A stretch of DNA of 64,000 bases, taken from the IMG/VR virus record IMGVR_UViG_3300008262_000233; one strand, 5' to 3'. Positions 19,580-29,859 of this stretch are shown here, piece after piece (position 1 is the stretch's first letter; each line of letters begins with the position of its first letter). The stretch comes from an uncultured virus (IMG/VR IMGVR_UViG_3300008262_000233). Its lineage: Duplodnaviria > Heunggongvirae > Uroviricota > Caudoviricetes. Under the pieces are notes generated by a model. That model saw nothing but the letters and a program-made list of their open reading frames with translations. It did no database searches and had not been told where the DNA came from. Position numbers and translations under genes: made by a program.

Positions 19580-20779
19580 ATGAAAATTTTAAATTTCTTT
19601 GACTTTATTTTTGAGAATTTTAAAACTATACAAGTGCCTTTTCAGTACTGTGAAGAGTTTGAATCTTTGATAAATCAAATAAATAATCCAATTTCTGGGG
19701 CTTTTATGAATTTACGACTAAAACCCACCGATATTTCACTTATTAATATTGGAGATCAAGATGATTTTGTGACATTTACTACATCGACAAAGCTATCACA
19801 ACATTTCAAATCAGAAGATGAAAAGACACTTAGAACACTTATATCACCTTTATCTAGAAACACCGAAATTTACTCAAAGAATAGAACTTCGATAAAAATA
19901 GGCAGATTGATTAGAAAATTATTTGGGTCAAAATTCTCTGATTCGGAGATTGAAAAATTTGTAAATCAATACAAATCTATTGTAGATAAAAAACTACTCA
20001 AATTTGAATTGTGGGATGGATATAAAATTCAAAATGGATACTGTTCTAAGAATTACACTTATGATGCCCCTAGTTCTAACCCACTTTTAAATTCTTGTAT
20101 GAACGATGAATTACATCTCATAGACTTTTATCAATATGCTCCTGTGAAATTATTAGTGTTACTAAATAATGAAGGTCACATTTTTGGAAGATCGTTAATA
20201 TGGCAGACTAATAGAGGAACATTTATGGATAGAGTTTATGTAGCTTTTGATTCTGATTATTACAAATTTACAGATTGGGCTACAAAAAATAACATAATTT
20301 ATAAATCAAAGAATCAAAGTGGACCTTTAATTGACTATGTTGTAGGCGGAAAAACTACCTGGTTTCCAATGAAAGTAGAACTTAAATTCAATATAGACGA
20401 ATATAGTAGAGAGGATTTTACTGATACAGTTAGGGATATTCCGTATATGGATACCTTTATTTATGGTCAGAAGAATATTCTAACTAATTATGAGCCACTT
20501 GAGGATAAATATTATATATTGACTGATACTGATGGATATCCTTTAGAAGTTATACCACATTTTGATATTAAGGGTCGAAGAATTCGCCAAGATGAACTAG
20601 ATGATTATGAGTGGTCAAATACTCAGAAAGGATGGATACATGCAAAAGACGGGTGTTATGTACAAGCAGTTCAAGATTTTTTATCTTTTGACTATTTAAA
20701 AGACCCTGTTAATGGATTCACACGAAAGCCAGGAACTAATCCGATATCTCCGAATACTTGGATTAAAAATGTAAATTAA
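19580..20779 (+). CDS. Phage protein with NSCM / GRS.IW / DRVY / PYMDTF domain; CTS-like leader
   Basis: Motifs shared with paralog 21621..23933. Confidence 0.75.
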   Translation: MKILNFFDFIFENFKTIQVPFQYCEEFESLINQINNPISGAFMNLRLKPTDISLINIGDQDDFVTFTTSTKLSQHFKSEDEKTLRTLISPLSRNTEIYSKNRTSIKIGRLIRKLFGSKFSDSEIEKFVNQYKSIVDKKLLKFELWDGYKIQNGYCSKNYTYDAPSSNPLLNSCMNDELHLIDFYQYAPVKLLVLLNNEGHIFGRSLIWQTNRGTFMDRVYVAFDSDYYKFTDWATKNNIIYKSKNQSGPLIDYVVGGKTTWFPMKVELKFNIDEYSREDFTDTVRDIPYMDTFIYGQKNILTNYEPLEDKYYILTDTDGYPLEVIPHFDIKGRRIRQDELDDYEWSNTQKGWIHAKDGCYVQAVQDFLSFDYLKDPVNGFTRKPGTNPISPNTWIKNVN

Positions 20780-20790
20780 TATATACCCAT

Positions 20791-21624
20791 ATGAGAGTTT
20801 TAAACTTTGAAAAATATCAATTAGCAGAAGATTTATCTAATTTCATAGCTAATCCAACTATTTTAGAGTCTGCTGAAAAAAATAGCCAAATAGATAATAT
20901 TTTAAAAAAACTCTCTCAGGATCTAAAATTTAATTATGGTCTTGTTTTTACATTTGGTGTTGGTGTTAGAGTAATGTACCCAATTGTTGAAGAGTTAATA
21001 AAAAATGGAAATTTAAAAGTAGAGGCAACAACTGAGAATATAGTTTTAGTTTGTATTGCTGCACTTACAATTACCTATTTAGAAGAGTCAAAAAATAGTG
21101 CTGGTGATACAGAAGTTCCTTGTGATTGTGAAGAAAAAAAGTCTGATTGTGAAATTTGTGGTGGAACGGGAATGATTAAAAGTAAAGTTTCTAAAAGAGA
21201 CGCTCGTACTATTCTTGAAGAATTAAAATTGAGAGGAATAGGCAATGGCATAGTAAAAAAAATGGTTGAGTGTTTCAAGTTTTTAGGATCAATTCTTAAA
21301 ACTTTATTTAGAAATACTCCCTATGTAATTAACGGTCTTATAGATATGTTGGCCTATACTGCGATTCTTGTTCCGGCTATGAATGGTATAAGTGCCATTG
21401 TGGGTAAATATGATTTGACTATTGATAGTCTTATGGGTAACGCCGCCGCGATTTCTCTTGGTATTACTACGTTTTTAGCGAAATATGGATTTGACTCGTT
21501 GGTTAAGAAATTCAAAGATAAATTTGGATTTGATACTAAGTCTTTGGATGTACCAACTGTTGTTAAACCTTATGATACTGAAAATGATGAACTAGAAGGT
21601 AACAAATTAATTAAAGAGCAATGA
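20791..21624 (+). CDS. Multi-pass membrane-like protein with Cys cluster (CDC...CEICGGTG); CTS-like leader
   Basis: Hydrophobic segments; TAATATATA at 20777-20785. Confidence 0.72.
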   Translation: MRVLNFEKYQLAEDLSNFIANPTILESAEKNSQIDNILKKLSQDLKFNYGLVFTFGVGVRVMYPIVEELIKNGNLKVEATTENIVLVCIAALTITYLEESKNSAGDTEVPCDCEEKKSDCEICGGTGMIKSKVSKRDARTILEELKLRGIGNGIVKKMVECFKFLGSILKTLFRNTPYVINGLIDMLAYTAILVPAMNGISAIVGKYDLTIDSLMGNAAAISLGITTFLAKYGFDSLVKKFKDKFGFDTKSLDVPTVVKPYDTENDELEGNKLIKEQ

Positions 21625-23933
21625 TAAAAAAATATTCTGATTTCAAATATTTTTTTTTATTTGAATCACTTCTAAAGATTGATAAAGATTTACATTTAAT
21701 AATCTCAACACTTTCAACTAAAGATCCTGTAGCAAAAATGCTACTTAGCTTAATAAATCAAGATATCACAACTAATGTTAATTATTTAAAGCTCGCAGAT
21801 AAAAACGATGATGTTAAGTTTGTAAATGACACACAAGTCAAGAGATTTGTAGATTCGGGTCAAGATCCATTCGATAGGGCAACTAATAGTGCAAAAATAG
21901 GTAGAACTGTGAGGCAAATACTAACATCCAATGGTATTTCTGTGACAGACCATCAGATTGAAACATTTGTAAACAATTACAAAAATGCCTGGGATAAAAA
22001 ACACAATAAAAATCAAGAGGGTTTTCATTTAGTATCTGGTGATGAAATTAAAAACTGGTATCTAGAATCAAATTATGTTCCAGGTGGTGGCACATTAAAT
22101 AATTCATGTATGAGGTATGATAGCTGTCAGAAATATTTTGAAATATATTCACAGAATCCCGAGGTTTGTCAACTGTTGATATTATTAGATGACAGGGATA
22201 GACTACTTGGTAGATCAATCTTGTGGAAGTTAAAACCAGGAACTGGAAGAAAAGACTACTATTTAGATAGAATCTATACGAGATTCGATAATGATGTTGA
22301 AAAGTTCGCAGAATGGTTTAAAGAGTTTTTAAAAGTTGATTCTGAAAGTCAAGATTTCAATGCTCATTTTCTTGGTAATACTCGAGGTCTTAGAGTTCAG
22401 TTAAAAAATTGGAAATTTAAATTATTTCCATACATGGATACATTCTCAGTTTTAGACTATGACTCTGGTCAACTCATGACTTATGATGGAGTTGACTCGT
22501 CAAAACTTCAATTTCATATCCAGAATACTGGTGGATATCCGTCCGTTCCATCTCATGAATGGTCTGAGGCTTATCAAAATTGGTTTCATGTTGATGACTG
22601 TGCTTGGATTGAAGATAAGAGTGACTATTATCCAAAGGAAGATTGTATAAAAGATTACCAATTAAATTGGATTTTAAAGTCTGATTCAATTTATTCTGAG
22701 TATTATGGTAATTATATTCAAAAGTCAACTGCTGTCGATCTTGAAAATTTTGGATTAGTCGACAATCGAGATATAGTTGAAGTTTATGATGAAGTTATAA
22801 ATGGTCAAATAAAAAAACCAAAGAAATTTTTGAAAAGTAAACTAAATGATTCAGATTACAAAAAAGTCGAAATAGGTTATGGATATAAATGGGTAAATAA
22901 AAAGTATTTAGTTTATGATGCGGTGAATCATGAGTTTATAATTCAAGATGAGGATTTTGAAGATAATTATACTAAGTTTTACTTTTTACCTCAGTCACCT
23001 ATTTCAACATTAGAAAAATATTTCAGTATTAGTGAAATAGATAGAAATTATGAGTGTTATGGAATTAGTGATGAATACACTCAGACTCCATTTATTTCTA
23101 GACTATATAGTGATCTTAGTAATGAAACCGGTTATTATGCTATTAAAGAAGTTATTGAAACATTTTCATTGGAAAGTTCAGAGAAATTTGTTGTTGTTAA
23201 AACCAGCGACTTTTCCAGATCATTTAGAGAGATGTGTTACACTCATACTTTAGAAATTTTAGATAATATTAAGAGTATCAATTCCGAATCTTTGAAGAAA
23301 AAATTATCTGATGTACACGAAGATTGTATGGCAAAATCGCATAGTTATAGACAACTCAACTCAAACTATGAAATGATGAAAGACTATGGTAGTTACTTAA
23401 ACTATTTTAATTCTACAATTTCTAAAATGTTCAAAGAAGAAAAAGTATTTGAAATTTTAGAGGGAGAAGAAGTGGTTAATAAATTTCAAAGTTGGATTAG
23501 AGAAAATGCGCGGTCTATTGATTTTATAGTTAATTATAGAAAAACTAATCAAGAGAATTACAGTATTCAAAGAGATCAAAGTGACAATGAACAAAAAGAA
23601 TTAATCAGATTATTTATCGATACTTATAAATATCAAATTATCTATTTTTCATATTGGTTGATACTGATGGATGATAGAAGTCATGCTGATGATAAATTGA
23701 CCACTTTGAATAATAAAATGAAATTTGATACGAACTTTATAGTAAATTATTTTTGTAGATATGATGAAATATCTGGAGAATTTGCTCAAACAATCTCTGA
23801 CATAAGATCATCTGTTACTAGAAAGTTTAACTATCAACCTTTGTTTCAAGAAATGAGTCTGTCTGTTTATGATGAAAATTTTGATAAAATTATGACTATC
23901 TACAATGACTTTTTATCAAAACTAAATAAGTAA
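21621..23933 (+). CDS. Large paralog of 19580..20779 with C-terminal extension; CTS-like leader
   Basis: KIGR, IE.FVN.YK, NSCM, GRSILW, DRIY, PYMDTF. Confidence 0.75.
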   Translation: MIKKYSDFKYFFLFESLLKIDKDLHLIISTLSTKDPVAKMLLSLINQDITTNVNYLKLADKNDDVKFVNDTQVKRFVDSGQDPFDRATNSAKIGRTVRQILTSNGISVTDHQIETFVNNYKNAWDKKHNKNQEGFHLVSGDEIKNWYLESNYVPGGGTLNNSCMRYDSCQKYFEIYSQNPEVCQLLILLDDRDRLLGRSILWKLKPGTGRKDYYLDRIYTRFDNDVEKFAEWFKEFLKVDSESQDFNAHFLGNTRGLRVQLKNWKFKLFPYMDTFSVLDYDSGQLMTYDGVDSSKLQFHIQNTGGYPSVPSHEWSEAYQNWFHVDDCAWIEDKSDYYPKEDCIKDYQLNWILKSDSIYSEYYGNYIQKSTAVDLENFGLVDNRDIVEVYDEVINGQIKKPKKFLKSKLNDSDYKKVEIGYGYKWVNKKYLVYDAVNHEFIIQDEDFEDNYTKFYFLPQSPISTLEKYFSISEIDRNYECYGISDEYTQTPFISRLYSDLSNETGYYAIKEVIETFSLESSEKFVVVKTSDFSRSFREMCYTHTLEILDNIKSINSESLKKKLSDVHEDCMAKSHSYRQLNSNYEMMKDYGSYLNYFNSTISKMFKEEKVFEILEGEEVVNKFQSWIRENARSIDFIVNYRKTNQENYSIQRDQSDNEQKELIRLFIDTYKYQIIYFSYWLILMDDRSHADDKLTTLNNKMKFDTNFIVNYFCRYDEISGEFAQTISDIRSSVTRKFNYQPLFQEMSLSVYDENFDKIMTIYNDFLSKLNK

Positions 23934-23990
23934 ATCTTAGAAAACAATAAAATGTATTTTTAGTATAAGAAAAACAAAATATTTTAAACT

Positions 23991-25231
23991 ATGACCTCGT
24001 CATTAGAAAAAGTTTTTTTTAACTATATTATAAAGAATAAAAAGTACTTCGAAATTGTTAAGCCTTTCTTTTTTAGAAATTCTGAAATTCAATTTATTTA
24101 TGGAATCCTCAGAGACTATATGACTAAAAATCAAGATGCTCAAATTCCTACACCAAGACAGATTCTAGATATGGTCACTCTTGAAGATAAAGAAGGTGTA
24201 ATCACAAAAGAAATTCTAAAAAGCGTTTTAACAGATAATCTAAAAGATTATGATGAAAAGAATTTTATAGAGCCGAAATTTAATGCTTGGGTTCTTTCAA
24301 ATAGAATTAAAGCAGGAACAGTTGATATAATTGACGAAACTAGAAACTTTGATAATATTTCAGATTTTGATTCAGCAATAGAAAGAGCAAATAAAATTCG
24401 AGCAATTGTAGATGATATGTCTTCTACAAACTTTGTTGATGATGATGACCTAGGATCAGACTTCGATGAACCTGAACTACACATCCAAGATAGTTCAAGG
24501 TTTAAGATCAAATCAGGACTTGAAACCCTAGACCATATTTTAGGTGGTGGATGGGATATTGGTACACTTAATTGTATCATGGCAGAGACTAATAACGGAA
24601 AATCGTTATGGATGCAAAATTTTGCAGTAAAAAGCGCAGATGCTGGTTATAATGTACTATATGTCACTCTTGAGATGAGTGAGCGTAAAGTTCTGAAAAG
24701 ACTAGGTGCTATGCGTTTAAAAATACCAATAAATGACTATGATACAGTAAGTAAAGATACTGAATTAATTAGGCTGGAACAGCCACTGTAAATGATTTCG
24801 ATAACTATATTCAAAAGATACATCAAAAGAGGGGTATCAAGTTTGATATGATTATTGTTGATTATATCACACTTGTTGCTCCTATAAAAGGGCTAGGTGA
24901 TAATCTCTACGTCAAAGGAAAACATCTAGCCGAAGGATTAAGAGCATTAGGTGCGAAATATAAGTGTCCGATTGTAACAGGTGTTCAAGTATCAAAAGAT
25001 GCTTGGAATGCTTCTGATATTACACTTGAGAGTGTTCCTGAGAGTAAGGCAATAGCTGAAACTGCTGATACATTTTTTGCTATTATAAGAACAGAAGAAA
25101 TGAAACGTCTTGGAATTTATAGATTTAAACTTTTAAAACAAAGGGATGGAGACTTTTTGAAAAGTCAAATAAAGTTGAATTTGAATTCTACTTATTTGAC
25201 TTTAGAAAATGACCAATTTCTGGATAACTAA
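23991..25231 (+). pseudogene. gp41/DnaB-like replicative helicase interrupted at about 24771 by an apparent out-of-frame deletion (ORFs 23991..24791 and 24773..25231)
   Basis: Walker A AETNNGKS and VTLEMSE in the first frame; AGTATVNDFDNYIQKIHQKRGIKFDMIIVDY, TGVQ, ESKAIAETAD and KQRDG in the second frame. Confidence 0.85.
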
Positions 25232-25308
25232 GGCGTAACTTTTGTAGTCTAAAAAGTATAATAATATATAAAAATTTTAAAAATGAATATAAAAAATAAT
25301 AAAAATCT

Positions 25309-26244
25309 ATGTCTAAAAAGAGAAAACACGAGGATGATGAAGAATTCGATGGTGAAATAGACAATATTGAAGAGACTCCGTTTGAAGACGATGTAGAAGA
25401 AGAAACATCCTCTGAATCTGAAGGATTAGGTGGTGACTTATTAGCAGATGATTCTGATGATATTGACATAGTTTTAGAAATTTCCGAAGATGAATCTGAA
25501 TCAGATACTCAAGAGCCAACTCCAGATGAAGTAATTTTATCTAAACATAAAGTGCAAGGAAAGCACTCATTAAAATACGACTCTATTTTTAAGGGAAAAA
25601 AAGAAGATAAACCAGATGAAGACTTTGATCAAACTTCGATGTATTTTAATGAGAAATTTGAAGTAGATAAATCTTCCTATTTTTATGTCGAGTCGCAAGA
25701 TAATGAGTTTTATGTAAGACAGAAAAATGTTAAAGAAAAAGTCTATAATGTTTTACTAAATCATACTAATATAAACTTCTTAAATAATAGAAGAAAGCCT
25801 TCAAAGTCAGACTTTAATCACTATTATTACCTTTTAAAAATTAATTTAGAAGGAGATGGGTTTACAAATGTGGAGTTATTTAACGAACTCTCTGTTTACT
25901 TCTCTGATAATCTTTTTAATATGTTCAAACTACTTGATAATAAGTGGAGGAATTTAATTATCAATGAGTTACAAGACCATATTGGTAAAAATAAGAACTC
26001 AAAAGAGATTACAAATCGTAACATCTATGTTGGTACTGAGTTAGAGTTCTCACACGCCGACGCATTGGGTACGGTACGAGTTTATACGGGAGTTGTGGTT
26101 GAGACGGATTATGAAGAGTCTCTATTTAAGATTGATTCATATGAAAATGTCTATGAAATACACATAACATCTATAATTCGTATACTGAATAATAGTAAAT
26201 TTAAATATAATTTAAATAAACTTAACAACATAGATTTTCTTTGA
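25309..26244 (+). CDS. Hypothetical protein with long acidic N terminus
   Basis: ORF track; TAATATATA at 25262-25270 and a TAAC-N17-TATAA box just upstream. Confidence 0.75.
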   Translation: MSKKRKHEDDEEFDGEIDNIEETPFEDDVEEETSSESEGLGGDLLADDSDDIDIVLEISEDESESDTQEPTPDEVILSKHKVQGKHSLKYDSIFKGKKEDKPDEDFDQTSMYFNEKFEVDKSSYFYVESQDNEFYVRQKNVKEKVYNVLLNHTNINFLNNRRKPSKSDFNHYYYLLKINLEGDGFTNVELFNELSVYFSDNLFNMFKLLDNKWRNLIINELQDHIGKNKNSKEITNRNIYVGTELEFSHADALGTVRVYTGVVVETDYEESLFKIDSYENVYEIHITSIIRILNNSKFKYNLNKLNNIDFL

Positions 26245-26318
26245 AATTTTAAAAGAAAATACTTCAACCAAAAAATACAAACAATATATAATTTTCTAAT
26301 CAAAAAATAATTAGGTTC

Positions 26319-28634
26319 ATGCAAGAATTAATAACAAAAGATATAAAAAGAACTAGTCGCAACGAAATAAATGTCACAAAAAGAAATGGTAAAAATGAGA
26401 TATTTGAAGCTGAAAAAATTAATAAGATATTACTCTGGGCAACAACTGGTCTGAGTGGTGTATCTGCTTCAGACGTGGCAATGAATGCTCATTTGCAATT
26501 TTATCCAGGAATTAAAACATCTGAAATACACAAAGTTCTGATTCAATCTGCTGTTGATCTAATCAGTGATAAGAATCCTAACTATCAATTTGTTGCTTCT
26601 AATCTTTTGAACTACCTTTTAAGAAAAGAGGTTTTTGAAATTAAGAAAGAAATGCCTACTTTGAAATTCTGTATTGATAGAAATATCAAGGTAGATCTTT
26701 ACGATTCGTTAATTCTTGAAAAGTATACAGAAGAAGAAATTTCAAAGTGCAACTCATACATCAAACATGAACGTGATTATGATTTGACATATGCCGGCCT
26801 TCAACAACTTATTGACAAGTATCTTGTTAAAGATAGATCTACCGGAAAATCGTATGAGACCCCACAATTTTGCTTTATGATGATTTCTATGACTGTTTTT
26901 GCAGATTATGACAAGTCACATAGAATGGAATACATCAAAGAGCTTTATGATATGATTTCTGAGCACAAGATATCACTACCAACACCAATTATGGCTGGAA
27001 TTAGAACACCAAACAGACAGTTTTCTAGTTGTACACTTATTGAAATTGGTGACTCTTTAGATTCGATTTTTCATGGTAACGTGGCTATCGGTCAATATGT
27101 TGCTAAAAGAGCTGGTATTGGAGTAAATGCGGGATCTATTAGAGCACTTGGATCAAAAGTTAGAAACGGTGAAGTTGTACACACTGGTGTTATTCCTTTC
27201 TTCAAAATGTTTCAATCAACTTTACACTCTTGTTCACAGGGTGGAATTCGTAAAGGATCTGCTACACTTTATTTTCCTTGGTGGCATAAAGAAATTGAAG
27301 ATGTTCTTGTCTTGAAAAACAATAAGGGAACAGATGATAACCGTGTAAGACATATGGACTATGGAATCCAGTTTGAAAAGGTGTTTTACAGTAGATTTGT
27401 TTCTAATGGTGATATCACTCTTTTTTCTCCTTCTGATGTTCCAGGACTTTATGACTCTTTTGGTCTACCAGAATTCGAAGAATTATATTTGAAATATGAG
27501 TCGGATAAGAAAATCCCAAAAAAGACTGTTAAGGCAAGAGAACTAATGAATGCTTTTGCTCAAGAAAGAATTGGTACGGGTAGAATGTATGTGATGAATA
27601 TTGACAATGCTAATACCAATTCTCCTTTCTTAGAAAGATTAAAAATGTCTAACTTATGCGTTGAGATTGTTTTACCAACAGCTCCGATTGAAAATATCTA
27701 TGACATTGATAATAAAACAGAAAATGAACAATATTCAGATGCTGAAATCGCACTTTGTACACTAGCAGCTTTCAACTTAGGTAATATTAAATCTATGTCA
27801 GAGTTACACAGAGTAGCTGAATACATTGCTAGAATTCTTGAATATGTAATTGAAAATCAAGATTATCCAATTAATGCAGCTAAGAAGATGTTGAAGCGTC
27901 GTTCAGTTGGTGTTGGTGTTACTAATTTTGCATATTGGTTAGCTAAACAAGGCATTAAATATTCTGATAAAGAAGCACTTTTCTATGTTGATGAATTATT
28001 TGAGAATATTCAATATTCTTTATTGAAAGCTTCAAATAAATTGGCACAAGAATTTGGAAAGTGTGAATGGTATGATAAAACTACTTATTCTAAGGGAATT
28101 TTGCCTATTGATAGATATAATAAAAACGTCGATGAGTTAGTTAAAAGAGACTACTCTTGTGATTGGGACACATTAAGAAGTGATATTGAAAAGTTTGGAT
28201 TAAGAAACTCAGTATTAACTGCTATAATGCCGGCTGAATCTTCAGCAGTTGTTCAAAATGCAACTAATGGTATTGAGCCTATTCGTTCACTTGTTATTAC
28301 TAAAAAGTCTAAATCTGGACTTGTTAAGCAAGTAGCACCAGAGTGTATTAAGTTGAAGAATAAATATGAACTGGCATATGAAATGCCAGATAATCGTGGA
28401 TATACTAATATATGTGCTGTTATCCAAAAATGGATCGATCAGTCTATTTCAGCTAACCATTATTATCAATACTCAAATGAAGGTATTTCAATTGGTGGTG
28501 TAATTAAGGACATTCTCTACTCTTACAAATACGGACTTAAAACACTTTATTACGCTAATACAGATGATAAGAAATCTGATGACTTAGATTCAATGGGTGG
28601 TGCTGGTTGTGATTCTGGTGCTTGTGCAATTTGA
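26319..28634 (+). CDS. nrdA: Class Ia ribonucleotide reductase alpha subunit
   Basis: ATP cone VTKRNG, SSC, SNLCVEI, MPAESSA, KTLYY, C-terminal GCDSGAC. Confidence 0.97.
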   Translation: MQELITKDIKRTSRNEINVTKRNGKNEIFEAEKINKILLWATTGLSGVSASDVAMNAHLQFYPGIKTSEIHKVLIQSAVDLISDKNPNYQFVASNLLNYLLRKEVFEIKKEMPTLKFCIDRNIKVDLYDSLILEKYTEEEISKCNSYIKHERDYDLTYAGLQQLIDKYLVKDRSTGKSYETPQFCFMMISMTVFADYDKSHRMEYIKELYDMISEHKISLPTPIMAGIRTPNRQFSSCTLIEIGDSLDSIFHGNVAIGQYVAKRAGIGVNAGSIRALGSKVRNGEVVHTGVIPFFKMFQSTLHSCSQGGIRKGSATLYFPWWHKEIEDVLVLKNNKGTDDNRVRHMDYGIQFEKVFYSRFVSNGDITLFSPSDVPGLYDSFGLPEFEELYLKYESDKKIPKKTVKARELMNAFAQERIGTGRMYVMNIDNANTNSPFLERLKMSNLCVEIVLPTAPIENIYDIDNKTENEQYSDAEIALCTLAAFNLGNIKSMSELHRVAEYIARILEYVIENQDYPINAAKKMLKRRSVGVGVTNFAYWLAKQGIKYSDKEALFYVDELFENIQYSLLKASNKLAQEFGKCEWYDKTTYSKGILPIDRYNKNVDELVKRDYSCDWDTLRSDIEKFGLRNSVLTAIMPAESSAVVQNATNGIEPIRSLVITKKSKSGLVKQVAPECIKLKNKYELAYEMPDNRGYTNICAVIQKWIDQSISANHYYQYSNEGISIGGVIKDILYSYKYGLKTLYYANTDDKKSDDLDSMGGAGCDSGACAI

Positions 28635-28708
28635 TGTAGTCTAAAATCTACCACAACCTAAGAATCAAAAACTATATAATAGATATTAAATTTTAAAAAT
28701 TAAAAAAA

Positions 28709-29791
28709 ATGAAGCATATATTAAACACAAACCAAGATTTAGATTTTACTAAGTCTCCACTTTTTTTCGGAAATGATGGTGGACTATCAATTCAAAGATA
28801 TGATAAGTTCCGTTATGAGAAGATATTCAATATGTTTAAACAACATATTTCTTATTTCTGGAGACCTGAAGAGATAAATCTGTCAAAAGATAAAGGAGAT
28901 TTTCACTCATTAACTGAACATGAGAAATTCATTTTCACTAAAAATTTAGGATATCAAATACTTTTAGATTCAGTTCAAAGCCGCGGTATCTCTAATCTTT
29001 TAGAAAATTGTTCAAATCAAGAAGTTGAATTATTCGCAAAGACTTGGGAATTCTTTGAGACTATACATTCTTATTCATACACTTATATAATTAAGAATAT
29101 CTATCCAAATCCAAGTGAAGTATTTGATTCCATTATGAGAGATGAAGAGATTCTAAAAAGAGCATCTTCAGTTACTCACTATTATGATGAATTGATTAAT
29201 TCAATTCCGGAAGAGTCTGAATATGATAGAAAAAAGAAGCTCTATTTGACCTTGGTTTCTATTAATATTTTAGAAGGAATTCGTTTTTATGTTTCTTTCG
29301 CTTGTTCTTATTGTTTTGCGCAGAATAAGAAAATGGAAGGTAATGCTAAAATTATTTCTCTTATTAATCGAGATGAAAATCTACATATGGGATTTTCTTC
29401 TTTTATCCTAAAGACACTTCGTGAAGAATGGGAAGAGGGTTTCCAAAAAATCGTACAAGAATGTGAACCACTTGTGATTAAGATGTACCAAGACGCTGCT
29501 AAAGAAGAATTAGAGTGGGCAGATTATCTTTTCAAAGATGGATCTATGATTGGTCTAAATGCTGAAATTTTGACTCAATATATGAAGTGGTTAACAAATA
29601 ATCGTATGAAAATTATTGGTCTTGATCCACTTTTTGATAAAGTTCAAAATCCAATTAGTTGGATTAATGTATGGACAGGTGGCTCTACTCAAGTTCAGAA
29701 TGCACCACAAGAAACAGAAATCGATTCTTATACTATCGGTGCTTTCAAACAAGATGTAGATGATGCTAGTTATGATGAATTTTCATTTTGA
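28709..29791 (+). CDS. nrdB: Class Ia ribonucleotide reductase beta subunit
   Basis: FWRPEE, LDSVQ, ETIHSYSY (radical Tyr), EGIRFY, RDENLH, APQETE..SY. Confidence 0.97.
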   Translation: MKHILNTNQDLDFTKSPLFFGNDGGLSIQRYDKFRYEKIFNMFKQHISYFWRPEEINLSKDKGDFHSLTEHEKFIFTKNLGYQILLDSVQSRGISNLLENCSNQEVELFAKTWEFFETIHSYSYTYIIKNIYPNPSEVFDSIMRDEEILKRASSVTHYYDELINSIPEESEYDRKKKLYLTLVSINILEGIRFYVSFACSYCFAQNKKMEGNAKIISLINRDENLHMGFSSFILKTLREEWEEGFQKIVQECEPLVIKMYQDAAKEELEWADYLFKDGSMIGLNAEILTQYMKWLTNNRMKIIGLDPLFDKVQNPISWINVWTGGSTQVQNAPQETEIDSYTIGAFKQDVDDASYDEFSF

Positions 29792-29859
29792 TTTGTTAAA
29801 TATTTCTGGAAAATGTTGATTCCATTGAATTGTAGAATATTGAACTTAATAAATACATA

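Noticed and set aside
26319..29791. Introns or inteins in nrdA/nrdB
   Set aside because: Both are continuous and of normal length with no insertion evident.
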